From NCBI GenBank assembly GCA_017445755.1, contig JAFSSE010000030.1:7890-71889 (forward strand): a DNA stretch of 64,000 nt. The letters run 5' to 3'. Source of the stretch: Bacteroidales bacterium. Lineage in GTDB: Bacteria > Bacteroidota > Bacteroidia > Bacteroidales > UBA932. The notes beneath the pieces are model-generated. The model was not told the origin of the DNA. It was given only the letters and a program-made list of their open reading frames with translations, and did no database searches. The translations under genes and the position numbers were made by a program. Every line of letters starts with the position of its first letter. The first letter of the stretch is position 1. Below are positions 9,880-19,892 of the stretch, piece by piece.

Positions 9880-12687
9880 ATGAAAAGGATTTACACTATA
9901 ACAGCCGCACTCGCACTACTGGCTCTGAGGTGCCTTCCTTCGGCCGCCGGAGAACCCTCCGACAGCACGGTGGTACTCCCCTGGCGTACCGTCGCCGATT
10001 ACTGGTCAACGGCCTCCCATGTGACCCCCGTATCCCTGAAGGACGCGGAGAAATCCCCCGTCTACGACCTCCGGAACAAGCTTACGGGCATCGTTCCCGG
10101 AGTGGAGGTCAAGGAGATAAACGGGGACATCATGCCATCCGGCAACATGGGCTCCGCCCTAATCAACGCCAACACGCTCCAGCTGAATTCTCACGCCTTC
10201 GGGTCCATGGTCCTTATCGTGGACGACGTGCTCATACCGTTCAACCAGTATCAGTTCGACTTCAACCAGATTGAGTCGATGACCGTCCTCACCGGCACGA
10301 CGGCAAAGGCCCTCTACGGTCCGAGGGCGGGATACGGCGCCCTGTATGTGACAACCCGGAAAGGCAGCTGGAACCAGCCCCTCAGGGTATCTGCCGACCT
10401 TAGGGCGGGGCTTGACATTGTCGACCGTTTCCCGGAATGGGTCAATTCCTACGAGTACGCTTTCATGAACAACAACGCCCGCGGGAATGACGGTTACACG
10501 ACGCTATATGACAACTCCGCCCTGAACGGCTATGCCCAGGGAGATCCCTTCAGCAGGAAATATCCTGCAGTGGATTACCGTTCCCTGTTGCTCCGGAATA
10601 CAAAGGGCAGCCAGAATTTCTCCGTTGACCTCTCCGGAGGGAACCACAACCTCAAATACAACGCATCGGTCAACGGTTACCGCAGTGACGACCTCTTCAA
10701 GGCGGGCCCGGTTGCGGACTACAACCGGCTCAATGTTTCCACCAGCATGACGGCGAGAATCGGGAAATGGATTACCGGATCCCTCTCCTTCAACGGACTC
10801 ACCGGATTCAGGAGGGGCAACAACGGATCCCTGATGGGGTTCCGTTCAATCCCCGGAAACGCCTTCCCGGTCGCAATCGGTATCTCCACCAACGACTCGG
10901 ACCTCGAGGGAGTTTCTGCCGGCAATACTATCTACGCTGTTTCAAGGTCCTATACCACGAACCCTTACGCAGCAGTCGTAGACGGCGGATTCTATACGAC
11001 AAGGTACCGCAGCGGTATGTTCAACGCCTCCGTCGACTTCGACCTCGGGTGGCTTCTGAAAGGACTCAGGAGCCGGACCATGATAGACTTCGACAGCGAG
11101 TACTACCAGAAGGTCGGAAAGAGCAACGACTATATCGCATACTACTGGAGCCGGGAGGAGGACATTGCGGAAATCTCTTCCCATGTCGGCACGAAACAGG
11201 CCAGCAAGAGCTCCCAGGGAACCTATACCTACAATAACCTCAGCATGTACGAACGTCTGACTTACGACTGGTCGAAGGACATGCACAAACTCAAGGCCGG
11301 GGCTGTCTTCTTCCTCTCGGACGGAAGCAATGCCTCCAACAGCTACTACGAACGCCAGATGTATCTTGTCGGAAACGCCGGCTACTCCTATGCGGACAAG
11401 TATTTCGTAGATGCCGTCGCCCAGTACGCCGGAAGTTCCAGGTTCACGCCAGGAAGGCGCTTCGCCTTCTTCCCGTCAGTCGCCTTCGCATGGCTTGCCA
11501 GCAAGGAGGACTTCCTGAAGGACGTCCCATGGCTTGACCGTCTCCGCCTGAGCGTCGACATGGGGAGCATCGGCGATGCCGACGTCTTCGGGACGAACTA
11601 CCTCTACAGGGCCTCCTACGTCTCCGCTTCCGGCCAGAATTTCGGTCCGGCGACGGCCTACCAGTGGTTCGGGTCCGACAAGAGGGATTCCCAGACCACG
11701 ACGATCTCCCGGCTTGCCAACCATACCCTCCGCTGGCCGCGGATCAACCAGCTTGACGTCAAGCTGGAGGGAAGGATCTTCGACATGCTGGACCTCACGG
11801 CGAATTTCTACAGCATCCACCGGGAGGGCATCATTACGGACGTTTCCACGGAATATGCAATGATGACCGGCCTTTCCGGCATCGCCGTCTATGACAATTA
11901 CAATGCGTACATGACAACCGGACTGGACCTCTCCGCACGGTACACCGGGACCTTCGGAGACTGGAAGGTCATCGCCGGAGGGAGCGTCATGAACTGGAAC
12001 CACGTCTACGACCGCTATGCCAACGACTTCTATGTATACGACTGGCAGCGGGTTACCGGAACGCGCTACGGCTCCTACCGCGGTTTCGTCTGCCTCGGAA
12101 CATTCAAAAGCGAGGAAGAAATCGCATCGAGCCCCCTCTATGACACCGACACCCGGATCGGAGACCTCAAGTACAAGGATCTCAACGGGGACGGAAAAAT
12201 CGACAGCAACGACATAACCATCGTCGGAAACACCTCTCCGAAGGTGCGTTACATGCTGAATCTCGACCTCCGGTGGAAAAACTGGAGCTTGTTCCTGGTC
12301 GGCACCGGAAACGCCGGATTCAACATCCCCTACACCAGCGCCTACTTCTGGAACGGATGGGGCGACGGAAACTATTCCGCCTTCGTCCGTGACAATATCG
12401 GAGGGGCCTACCCCCGGCTCGGATACGACAAGTCCGCCAACAACTTCGTCGCCTCGGATTTCTGGCTCCGCTGCGGATCCTACTTCAAGATCCAGACGCT
12501 CGAGCTCGCCTATACCTTCGTTCCAAGGAGCATAAAAGCCGTAAAGAGCGTGAAAGTCTCGCTCCGCGGCGCCAACCTCCTGACGCTGACCGGTGTAGAA
12601 TACATCGATCCGGAATCGACCGTCGCGGGCGTATCCGAATATCCCCTCTACCGGACCGTCGCCGCCGGCTTAAAACTGAACTTCTAA
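9880..12687 (+). CDS. susC: SusC-like TonB-dependent transporter (copy 2, shortened N-terminus)
   Basis: Signal peptide from ATG 9880; degenerate plug motif (ALYGPRAGYGALYVTTRKG); GDLKYKDLNGDGKID; C-terminal LNF. Confidence 0.9.
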   Translation: MKRIYTITAALALLALRCLPSAAGEPSDSTVVLPWRTVADYWSTASHVTPVSLKDAEKSPVYDLRNKLTGIVPGVEVKEINGDIMPSGNMGSALINANTLQLNSHAFGSMVLIVDDVLIPFNQYQFDFNQIESMTVLTGTTAKALYGPRAGYGALYVTTRKGSWNQPLRVSADLRAGLDIVDRFPEWVNSYEYAFMNNNARGNDGYTTLYDNSALNGYAQGDPFSRKYPAVDYRSLLLRNTKGSQNFSVDLSGGNHNLKYNASVNGYRSDDLFKAGPVADYNRLNVSTSMTARIGKWITGSLSFNGLTGFRRGNNGSLMGFRSIPGNAFPVAIGISTNDSDLEGVSAGNTIYAVSRSYTTNPYAAVVDGGFYTTRYRSGMFNASVDFDLGWLLKGLRSRTMIDFDSEYYQKVGKSNDYIAYYWSREEDIAEISSHVGTKQASKSSQGTYTYNNLSMYERLTYDWSKDMHKLKAGAVFFLSDGSNASNSYYERQMYLVGNAGYSYADKYFVDAVAQYAGSSRFTPGRRFAFFPSVAFAWLASKEDFLKDVPWLDRLRLSVDMGSIGDADVFGTNYLYRASYVSASGQNFGPATAYQWFGSDKRDSQTTTISRLANHTLRWPRINQLDVKLEGRIFDMLDLTANFYSIHREGIITDVSTEYAMMTGLSGIAVYDNYNAYMTTGLDLSARYTGTFGDWKVIAGGSVMNWNHVYDRYANDFYVYDWQRVTGTRYGSYRGFVCLGTFKSEEEIASSPLYDTDTRIGDLKYKDLNGDGKIDSNDITIVGNTSPKVRYMLNLDLRWKNWSLFLVGTGNAGFNIPYTSAYFWNGWGDGNYSAFVRDNIGGAYPRLGYDKSANNFVASDFWLRCGSYFKIQTLELAYTFVPRSIKAVKSVKVSLRGANLLTLTGVEYIDPESTVAGVSEYPLYRTVAAGLKLNF

Positions 12688-12700
12688 AACGACTGCCGAT

Positions 12701-14470
12701 ATGAAGAAAAAAATCCTATACCTCTTCTTCCTCGCTCTGGCTGCTGCATCGTGCGACTTCCTGGAGCCCTTCCCCGACGGATCGTACAACGAAGACAACT
12801 ATTCCGACTACCCCGAAATAATCCGGGGATACATTGACAAGGCATACAATCTCCGTCCGACCTCGTATTACAGCACGGAATACATAGGGACGGACGCCGC
12901 CACCGACGACGCAATGTTCCGGGACAAGGCGACGGCGACGCGCCAGTTCTCCATCGGGAACGCCCAGATGGGGAACGACCCCTTCTCCAGCATCTGGGAA
13001 AGGGACTACAAGGCCATCTACTACGTCAACCTTTTCCTTAAAGACGACCTCGGTAAGAAAACCCGCTACCTCGTGGACCCGGAGTCCAACGCCGTACTCC
13101 AAAGGTGCCTCCAGGGGGACGCCTTCGCCCTCCGCGCCTGGTACGCCTTCAACCTCCTGGACTTCTGGGGCGGCCGGGGAACAAACGGGGAACTCCTCGG
13201 AGTATATATCCCGACAGAGCCGATTGACATGGAGAACAGCCGGCCGGAAGACATGGTCCGTCCCTCCTACGACGACTGCGTGAAACAGATCCTCGCGGAC
13301 TGCGACTCGGCAATCTTCTACCTCCCGATAGTGAACCGGGACCAGTACCTCCAGGGGGAACCCTTCCATGTTACCGGAGCCATCCGCTACCGCGCTTTCG
13401 ACGCCCTGTCCATGAAGGCCCTCAAGGCAAGGGTGCTCCTGACATGGGCGAGTCCCGCCTTCAACCCCGGCGCCGACGTCTCCCGCTGGGAACAGGCCGC
13501 CCGGGCCGCGAAGGAGGTGATCGATTTCAAGCTGACCGGAGAGACCGGAGGCCTGAACCCCGCCGAGAGTTTCCTCTGGACCAACCCGAATACCCCTGAG
13601 ATTATTTCCCTCGGCCACATCTCCCAGAACAACACCTACGAGACCTCCTTCTATCCCCTCGGTTTCGGCGGGACGGCAAAGCTGGTTCCCTCGCAGGAGC
13701 TGGTGGACGCCTTCCCCATGGCCAACGGATACCCCATAACCGAGGCGGCCTCGAACTATGACCCCTCGCAGCCCTATGTCGGGAGGGATCCGAGGTTCTA
13801 TGCCTCCATTTTCTACAACTGGAGCAGCGTCTACCGCAACCAGTCTCCCTACGAACTGATGTATACCTTCGTGACGGGCGAAGGGGGAAAGGACGCCCCC
13901 GGAGGAGTAACTACCTCCCCTTCCGGTTATTATGTGAAAAAATACGTCTCACTCGGCTGGAACCCCAACGACGTCTCCATCCAGACCGCCCAGCACTGCA
14001 TCTTCTTCTCGAGGTGGACCCACCTCGTGCTCGCCTTCGCCGAGGCGGCGAATAACGCCGTAGGGCCGACTACTCCGATAGACGGTCTAACGGCAAAAGA
14101 GGCCCTCGCCTATGTCAGAAACAGGAAAGTGAATACCGGAACGGTGGACGAGAACGGTGTCGGCAGCGCCGGAGACCCCTGGCTCGACATCTGCTCCACC
14201 AGCAAGGCCGCCTTCGACGCCCTCGTAAAGAACGAGTGGAGGGTGGAGACCTGTTTCGAAGGAATCCGCTTCCACAACGTACGGCGCTGGGCATCGGACG
14301 TCTCTGAAATAAACGTCCCCGTCAGCGGCGTATCCATCAGCGGAACAACCTATACCTATAAAGTAATTGAAAACCGCAGTTACCCGACCCTCTGGCTTCC
14401 GATTCCTTACAAGGAAATGCGTCTGGCCCCAGGCCTTGTCCAGAATGACGGATGGGAATCATGGAAATAA
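12701..14470 (+). CDS. susD: SusD/RagB lipoprotein (copy 2)
   Basis: Lipobox AAS-C then DFLE; ALKARVLL.WASP; RDPRFY; NEWRVETCFEG.RF..VRRW; LVQNDGW. Confidence 0.92.
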   Translation: MKKKILYLFFLALAAASCDFLEPFPDGSYNEDNYSDYPEIIRGYIDKAYNLRPTSYYSTEYIGTDAATDDAMFRDKATATRQFSIGNAQMGNDPFSSIWERDYKAIYYVNLFLKDDLGKKTRYLVDPESNAVLQRCLQGDAFALRAWYAFNLLDFWGGRGTNGELLGVYIPTEPIDMENSRPEDMVRPSYDDCVKQILADCDSAIFYLPIVNRDQYLQGEPFHVTGAIRYRAFDALSMKALKARVLLTWASPAFNPGADVSRWEQAARAAKEVIDFKLTGETGGLNPAESFLWTNPNTPEIISLGHISQNNTYETSFYPLGFGGTAKLVPSQELVDAFPMANGYPITEAASNYDPSQPYVGRDPRFYASIFYNWSSVYRNQSPYELMYTFVTGEGGKDAPGGVTTSPSGYYVKKYVSLGWNPNDVSIQTAQHCIFFSRWTHLVLAFAEAANNAVGPTTPIDGLTAKEALAYVRNRKVNTGTVDENGVGSAGDPWLDICSTSKAAFDALVKNEWRVETCFEGIRFHNVRRWASDVSEINVPVSGVSISGTTYTYKVIENRSYPTLWLPIPYKEMRLAPGLVQNDGWESWK

Positions 14471-14476
14471 ACGAAC

Positions 14477-15511
14477 ATGAATATGAAAAGATTCGCACAT
14501 ATAACCGCCCTTCTCGCCGCCTGCTGCCTGGCGGCAGGATGCTATGAGGAATACGTCAGGGACTTCGACTATTCCACCATATACTGCGCCTACCAGTACG
14601 ACCTCAGGACCTTTGTCGTCGGAGAGGGGGAAAAGTTCGATTTCACGGTTGGCCTCGCCGGAGTACTTGAAAACTACGCCGACCGGAAGGTCAAGGTGGA
14701 GATTTCCAACACCCTTGTCACCGGGGACCTTCCCGCTGCCCTGGGGGTCGATGGATACACCTCTTTCACCGCCTATGACGGAATGATCGGAAAAGCGGGC
14801 TTCGGCACCCTCAGCCAGTCCTATGTCACTACCGAGGTCAAGGCGCTCGGCGTAACCGCCCTGAAGCCGCTCCCCGAGAGCTATTATTCGGTTTCCGGGC
14901 TGGAGAGCATGTGCATCGACTCCGGACGCCACACCGACGCGGTAACCGTCCGGGCTACGGATGCCTTCTTCGCCGATCCCCTCTCAATCGGGCCCTCATA
15001 CGCCATCGGCTTCCATATCACATCCGCTGATGCGGACGAGCTGCCCGCCGAAAAATCCTTCGAGGTAATAGCAGTAAAATACGAATGCAAGTACTTCGGT
15101 TACTGGTATTACGGAGGAGAGAGCACTGTGATTGACAACATCACCGGGAAGGAAGTCAGCAAACAGTCCTATCCGCTTGTGCTCCCCCAGGAGGATGCAA
15201 AGGTATATACCCTTACAACGACGGGGCCCTACAGCGTCAAGACCAATAAGATTGCCCAGAAGGCCGGGGCCTTCACCCTGACCTTCAACGGGGAGGACAT
15301 AACAGCAACCTGTCCCGATCCAGCTGTCGTCGTCGGTTACTGCTATACCAACAACGCCAAGTGCATCCAGGACCGGATAATCTACCTCAACTACTCCATT
15401 GACAACGGAAACGGGACTACAACCGTCTATAAAGACTATCTCCAGTTCCGGAACCGGATAAGGGACGGAGTAAGCGAATGGCAGGATGAAAACCCAGAGA
15501 ATTATGAATAG
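14477..15511 (+). CDS. SusE-positioned surface lipoprotein, DUF1735/DUF5627-like
   Basis: Lipobox AAG-C followed by acidic residues; LPESYY motif; position directly after susD. Confidence 0.65.
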   Translation: MNMKRFAHITALLAACCLAAGCYEEYVRDFDYSTIYCAYQYDLRTFVVGEGEKFDFTVGLAGVLENYADRKVKVEISNTLVTGDLPAALGVDGYTSFTAYDGMIGKAGFGTLSQSYVTTEVKALGVTALKPLPESYYSVSGLESMCIDSGRHTDAVTVRATDAFFADPLSIGPSYAIGFHITSADADELPAEKSFEVIAVKYECKYFGYWYYGGESTVIDNITGKEVSKQSYPLVLPQEDAKVYTLTTTGPYSVKTNKIAQKAGAFTLTFNGEDITATCPDPAVVVGYCYTNNAKCIQDRIIYLNYSIDNGNGTTTVYKDYLQFRNRIRDGVSEWQDENPENYE

Positions 15512-16904
15512 GAAGATCATCATGATTGTCACGGCGGCCTTCTCCCTCGCCGCCGTCTCCACCGCCCAGCCGCTCAACAACACCCAGATGGACGGCTACA
15601 AGGGCATCTGGTTTACCCTCGGCCAGGAATCCGCCTACGGGTACAAGTACTCCGGCGGACTCGGAACATATACCGTAAAGCACAATCCTATGGCCGTTTA
15701 CGCCCCCGAGGTGGAGAGGACCTACTTCGTGTACGGCGGTACCACGGCAGCGGACGAGAGGCACCTCCTCTGCATGATCGGCTGCTATGACCACAATGCC
15801 GGGAAAGTCCAGAAACCGGTCTGCGTCTTCGACAAGGAGAAGGTCAACGACCCCCACGACAACCCGGCCCTCCAGATCGACAAGGACGGCTACCTCTGGG
15901 TCTTTGTCAGCGGGCGGTCCAAAAAGCGCCCCGGCTTCATCTACAGAAGCGACAAGCCCTATGACATCCATTCGTTCACGAGGGTCCTGAAACTGGAAAT
16001 GACCTATCCCCAGCCCATGTATGACCCGGACCGGGGCTTCCTCGTAGGATACACCAAATATACCGGCAAGAGGCAGCTCTATTGGATGACGTCGGAGGAC
16101 GGAAGCGAGTGGGATGAGGGACATCATCTCGCAGACATAAAGCTCCCAACCGACAAGATGAGCGGCCACTACCAAGTTACCGGCCATGATCCCCTCCACG
16201 GGAAGATAGTCACGACCTTCAACCGCCACCTTAACGGAGACTGCGACACCAGGACCAATATCTACTACCTCCAGACCCTGGATTTCGGGAAGACTTGGAC
16301 GACGGCGGACGGAAGGGTTATCGAAACGCCCGTCACCTCTCCCGACAGCCCCTGCCTTATCCTGGACGCCCACAGCAAGGGTCAGAACGTTTATATCAAG
16401 GACGTGAATTTCGACGCGGACGGGAATCCCGTCATCCTTTACCTCACCAGCTTCGGCCACCAGCCGGGACCGGCCCACGGCCCGCGCGAATTCTGGACCG
16501 CCCGCTGGACCGGAAAGGAATGGGAATTCCGCCGGATATGCCCGACTTGGCACGACTATGACAGCGGCAGCATCTGGGTGGACGGCAAGAACTGGACGGT
16601 CATTGTGCCCTCTGAGCCGGGTCCCCAGCTCTGGGGAACCGGAGGGGAAATCGCCGTCTGGAAAACCAAGAATGCCGGAAAGAGCTGGAAGAAAGAGTCA
16701 ATGCTGACCTCCGACAGCCCCTATAACCACGGCTATGTCCGGAGACCCTTCGGCGGGAAGGACCCCTTCTTCTGCTACTGGGCGGACGGAAACCCCGACC
16801 GAATAACCCCGTCCCATATTTACTTCGCTAATTCGAAGGGAAAAGTATGGATGTTACCCTATGAGATGACTCTCGAGTGGGAGGATCCGATTCCATGCAA
16901 ATAA
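15504..16904 (+). CDS. Periplasmic BNR-4-type beta-propeller protein (putative carbohydrate-active enzyme)
   Basis: SPI signal (..AVSTA-Q); YSGGLGTY, DPHDNP, HYQV and Asp-boxes; clear paralog of the C-terminal ~450 aa of 1259-3271. Confidence 0.78.
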   Translation: MNRKIIMIVTAAFSLAAVSTAQPLNNTQMDGYKGIWFTLGQESAYGYKYSGGLGTYTVKHNPMAVYAPEVERTYFVYGGTTAADERHLLCMIGCYDHNAGKVQKPVCVFDKEKVNDPHDNPALQIDKDGYLWVFVSGRSKKRPGFIYRSDKPYDIHSFTRVLKLEMTYPQPMYDPDRGFLVGYTKYTGKRQLYWMTSEDGSEWDEGHHLADIKLPTDKMSGHYQVTGHDPLHGKIVTTFNRHLNGDCDTRTNIYYLQTLDFGKTWTTADGRVIETPVTSPDSPCLILDAHSKGQNVYIKDVNFDADGNPVILYLTSFGHQPGPAHGPREFWTARWTGKEWEFRRICPTWHDYDSGSIWVDGKNWTVIVPSEPGPQLWGTGGEIAVWKTKNAGKSWKKESMLTSDSPYNHGYVRRPFGGKDPFFCYWADGNPDRITPSHIYFANSKGKVWMLPYEMTLEWEDPIPCK

Positions 16905-16935
16905 TTATAATTCAATTCTTTAATACTACAACACC

Positions 16936-18480
16936 ATGAAAAAGTTTACTGCTTTTCTGATGGCCGCCCTGATGCTGGCAGTTTCCTGCAACGAAGAAGG
17001 AAACCAGCAGCAGGAAGATCCGACCCTCAAGCTTTCGCAGAGCACCCTGACTTTCGAAAGCACAGGCGGAAGCGAAAGCGTCACCGTCCAGGCCAACAAT
17101 CCCTGGACTGCCGAAGTAAGCTCGGGAAGCGAGTGGATTACCCTCAAGACCGAGTCCTCCTCCTTCACGGTTACAGCCGCGGCATCTACCTCCCACCAGG
17201 CCCGCATGGGATCGGTTTCCGTAAAGTCCGGGGATCTCAGGGAAGTCCTTTCCATCACCCAGACGGCTGCCCCGAACAATGACAAGATCGAAGTCAGCCC
17301 CTCTTCCGTCGTCTTTGAAAGCACCGGCGGAGAGCAGAAGGTAAGTGTCACCGCGAATGTGAACGTCTCTGCCTCCTCCAGCGAGTCCTGGCTTACCGTC
17401 TCTCCCGGCTCCTCGCAGGCCGCCCAGGCGGAATTCACCCTTACCGCAGCCGCAAATACCGGCAGCGAAATCCGTAACGCCAGCGTGACCTTCTCCGGCG
17501 GAGACGCCGAGAGCGTAACCGTAGCGGTATCCCAGAATCCCGCCGCCTTCATCCGGGTCTCCCAGCCGACTGTAAGCGCTCCTGCAGCGGGTACAAGCGC
17601 CAAGATTACCGTAACTTCAAATGTAGAGTGGACCGCGGCATCCTCCGAAAGCTGGGTCACAGTAAGCCCTGCAAGCGGCACCAACGCTGAACTTACAATT
17701 ACCGTTGCAGCCAATACCGGGGCTGAAAGATCAGCGACCGTAACCCTTTCAAAGGGAGAGGTCAGCGCGGCCGTAACAGTCAGCCAGGAAGGTGCTCCTT
17801 ATGAGCCCGGTGAGGAAAAGGTCCTTGCCTACTGGCGCTGCGACAACGCCGCCTATGTGGACAGCCACTCCCCCAACTGGTCTGTAGATGGCGCCAATGC
17901 CTACAGCCATGGTTCGGGCCAGGGAATCGCCCTTCCCGAGGAAGGCGCCCCCGAAGGCACTCAGATGACATGGTTCTACAATGGAAAGCACAGCCACCCC
18001 ATCGTCTACATCACGGCGGAGGAAGGCCACTTTGCGGTGAAAGCCGTCGGAGAGGGAGACGGATTTATCTTTACGGTTCCCGGACAGAATCTGACCAAGG
18101 GACAGGTCGTAAAGATGGATATAGCCCTTGCTTCCGGTGCCGATGCCTGCCCGAAGAACTGGATCATCAAGTTCCGCACGTCTTCCGAGGCCGAGTGGGT
18201 CAACGGAACCAGCGACTCTTCATTCACAACCGATTCCGGCGCCCCGGCGTTCTGGAAATGGGATTCGAAGAAAGTATACAGCGCGCTCTCAAGGTTCAAC
18301 GCATCCTATACGATCCCCGAGACCGTCAGCAATGCCACCCTCCAGATCTTCGTCTGCACGGCCGACGGCCAGACCGGAAACGGGAAAGCCACCACAGCCG
18401 GCTCAACCATGCGAGTCCTCCCGCTCGTAAATGCGGAGGGAACGGCAGAGTACCCCGGCCCGAGGATTACAATCCGCTAA
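16936..18480 (+). CDS. BACON-domain surface lipoprotein with uncharacterised C-terminal domain
   Basis: Lipobox AVS-C; three repeats of the type V.AN..W.....W.TV.....N....R...V.......V.Q (BACON). Confidence 0.8.
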   Translation: MKKFTAFLMAALMLAVSCNEEGNQQQEDPTLKLSQSTLTFESTGGSESVTVQANNPWTAEVSSGSEWITLKTESSSFTVTAAASTSHQARMGSVSVKSGDLREVLSITQTAAPNNDKIEVSPSSVVFESTGGEQKVSVTANVNVSASSSESWLTVSPGSSQAAQAEFTLTAAANTGSEIRNASVTFSGGDAESVTVAVSQNPAAFIRVSQPTVSAPAAGTSAKITVTSNVEWTAASSESWVTVSPASGTNAELTITVAANTGAERSATVTLSKGEVSAAVTVSQEGAPYEPGEEKVLAYWRCDNAAYVDSHSPNWSVDGANAYSHGSGQGIALPEEGAPEGTQMTWFYNGKHSHPIVYITAEEGHFAVKAVGEGDGFIFTVPGQNLTKGQVVKMDIALASGADACPKNWIIKFRTSSEAEWVNGTSDSSFTTDSGAPAFWKWDSKKVYSALSRFNASYTIPETVSNATLQIFVCTADGQTGNGKATTAGSTMRVLPLVNAEGTAEYPGPRITIR

Positions 18481-18496
18481 GGGTCAGCGCATAATG

Positions 18497-18534
18497 AAAG
18501 TCAACCTACCCGTAAGCGGGCAGGTTGACTTTTT
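18497..18534. terminator. Bidirectional intrinsic terminator / palindromic repeat copy 1
   Basis: AAAGTCAACCTACCCG-TAAG-CGGGCAGGTTGACTTTTT between convergent genes. Confidence 0.8.
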
Positions 18535-18548
18535 ATATAAGACAGGGT

Positions 18549-19892
18549 TTAGATGATTCCCTGCTCGAGCATGGCGGTCGCGACCTTCATGAAGCCGGCG
18601 ATGTTAGCGCCCTTCACATAATCGACGGAGCCGTCCGGCTGGGTGCCGTACTTGACGCACTGCTCGTGGATGGACTTCATGATGAAGTGGAGCTTGGCAT
18701 CGACCTCTTCGGCGGACCAGCTGATGTGGCTGGCGTTCTGGGTCATCTCGAGACCGGAGGTTGCGACGCCGCCGGCATTGACGGCCTTTCCGGGGGCAAA
18801 GAGAACGCCGTTGTGCTGGAAGAAGTGGATTGCACCGGGCTGGCAGCCCATGTTGGAGACCTCGCAGCAGCAGAAGCAGCCGTTCGCCTTCAGTTCCTTG
18901 GCGTCATCCTCGGAGAGTTCGTTCTGGAAGGCGCAAGGGAGGGCGATGTCCACCGGAATGCTCCAGGACTTCTTCCCGGCGATGAATTTCGCCTTGTCGG
19001 GGAACCTGTCGGCCATATCCTCCACGCGGTTCCTGTTAGAAGCACGCATAACGAGCATATAATCAATCATTTCCTTCGTAATTCCGTCCGGAATATGGCA
19101 GACGCCGTCCGGGCCGGAGATGGCGACGACCTTGGCTCCGAGCTGGGTGGCCTTGGTGGCTGCGCCCCAGGCGACGTTTCCGAAGCCGGAGAGGGCTACG
19201 GTCTTTCCTTCGATGTCATAGCCGGCCTTGTGGAGAAGGTGCTGGGTGAAGTAGAGAGCGCCGAAACCGGTTGCCTCCGGACGGAGGATGGAGCCGCCCC
19301 AGGTGGCACCCTTTCCGGTCAGGACACCGGTATTGTACTCGCGGGCAAGCTTACGGTACATGCCGTCGAGGAAGCCGATTTCCCGGCCGCCCACACCGAC
19401 ATCGCCCGCAGGAATATCCTGGTCGGGACCGATGCAGTTCCAGAGTTCAAGCATGAACTGCTGGCAGAAACGCATGATTTCAGCGTCCGACTTTCCGGTC
19501 GGATCGAAGTCCGAGCCGCCCTTGGCACCACCCATCGGGAGGGTTGTAAGGGCATTCTTGAAGGTCTGCTCGAAGCCGAGGAATTTCAGCATCGAAGGGG
19601 TGACTGCCTTATGGAAGCGGAGTCCGCCCTTGTAGGGGCCGATTGCGCTGTTGAACTGAATACGGTATCCGAGATTGGTCTGGACCTCTCCCCTGTCGTC
19701 CACCCACGTTACGCGGAAGGTGAAGATCCGGTCCGGCTCGACCATCCTTTCGACGATCTTCGCCTTTTCGAATTCGGGGTGCTGGTTATAGACCTCCTCG
19801 ATGGACTCGAGGACTTCCTGCACGGCCTGGAGATATTCGCTCTCCAGGGGATACTTTGCCTGCAGGCGGGCCATGATTTCAGTGGTTTTCAT
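18549..19892 (-). CDS. gdhA: Glutamate dehydrogenase (NADP-type family)
   Basis: GPYKGGLRFH, LPMGGAKGGSDF, RPEATGFG, SGFGNVAWG, ANIAGF. Confidence 0.97.
   Translation of the reverse strand: MKTTEIMARLQAKYPLESEYLQAVQEVLESIEEVYNQHPEFEKAKIVERMVEPDRIFTFRVTWVDDRGEVQTNLGYRIQFNSAIGPYKGGLRFHKAVTPSMLKFLGFEQTFKNALTTLPMGGAKGGSDFDPTGKSDAEIMRFCQQFMLELWNCIGPDQDIPAGDVGVGGREIGFLDGMYRKLAREYNTGVLTGKGATWGGSILRPEATGFGALYFTQHLLHKAGYDIEGKTVALSGFGNVAWGAATKATQLGAKVVAISGPDGVCHIPDGITKEMIDYMLVMRASNRNRVEDMADRFPDKAKFIAGKKSWSIPVDIALPCAFQNELSEDDAKELKANGCFCCCEVSNMGCQPGAIHFFQHNGVLFAPGKAVNAGGVATSGLEMTQNASHISWSAEEVDAKLHFIMKSIHEQCVKYGTQPDGSVDYVKGANIAGFMKVATAMLEQGII

Noticed and set aside
18497-18534. IscB omega-RNA/HEARO or IS200/IS605 element suggested by GTCAAC...GTTGAC
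   Set aside because: Only a short hairpin is present, with no extended RNA scaffold and no iscB, tnpB or tnpA nearby.
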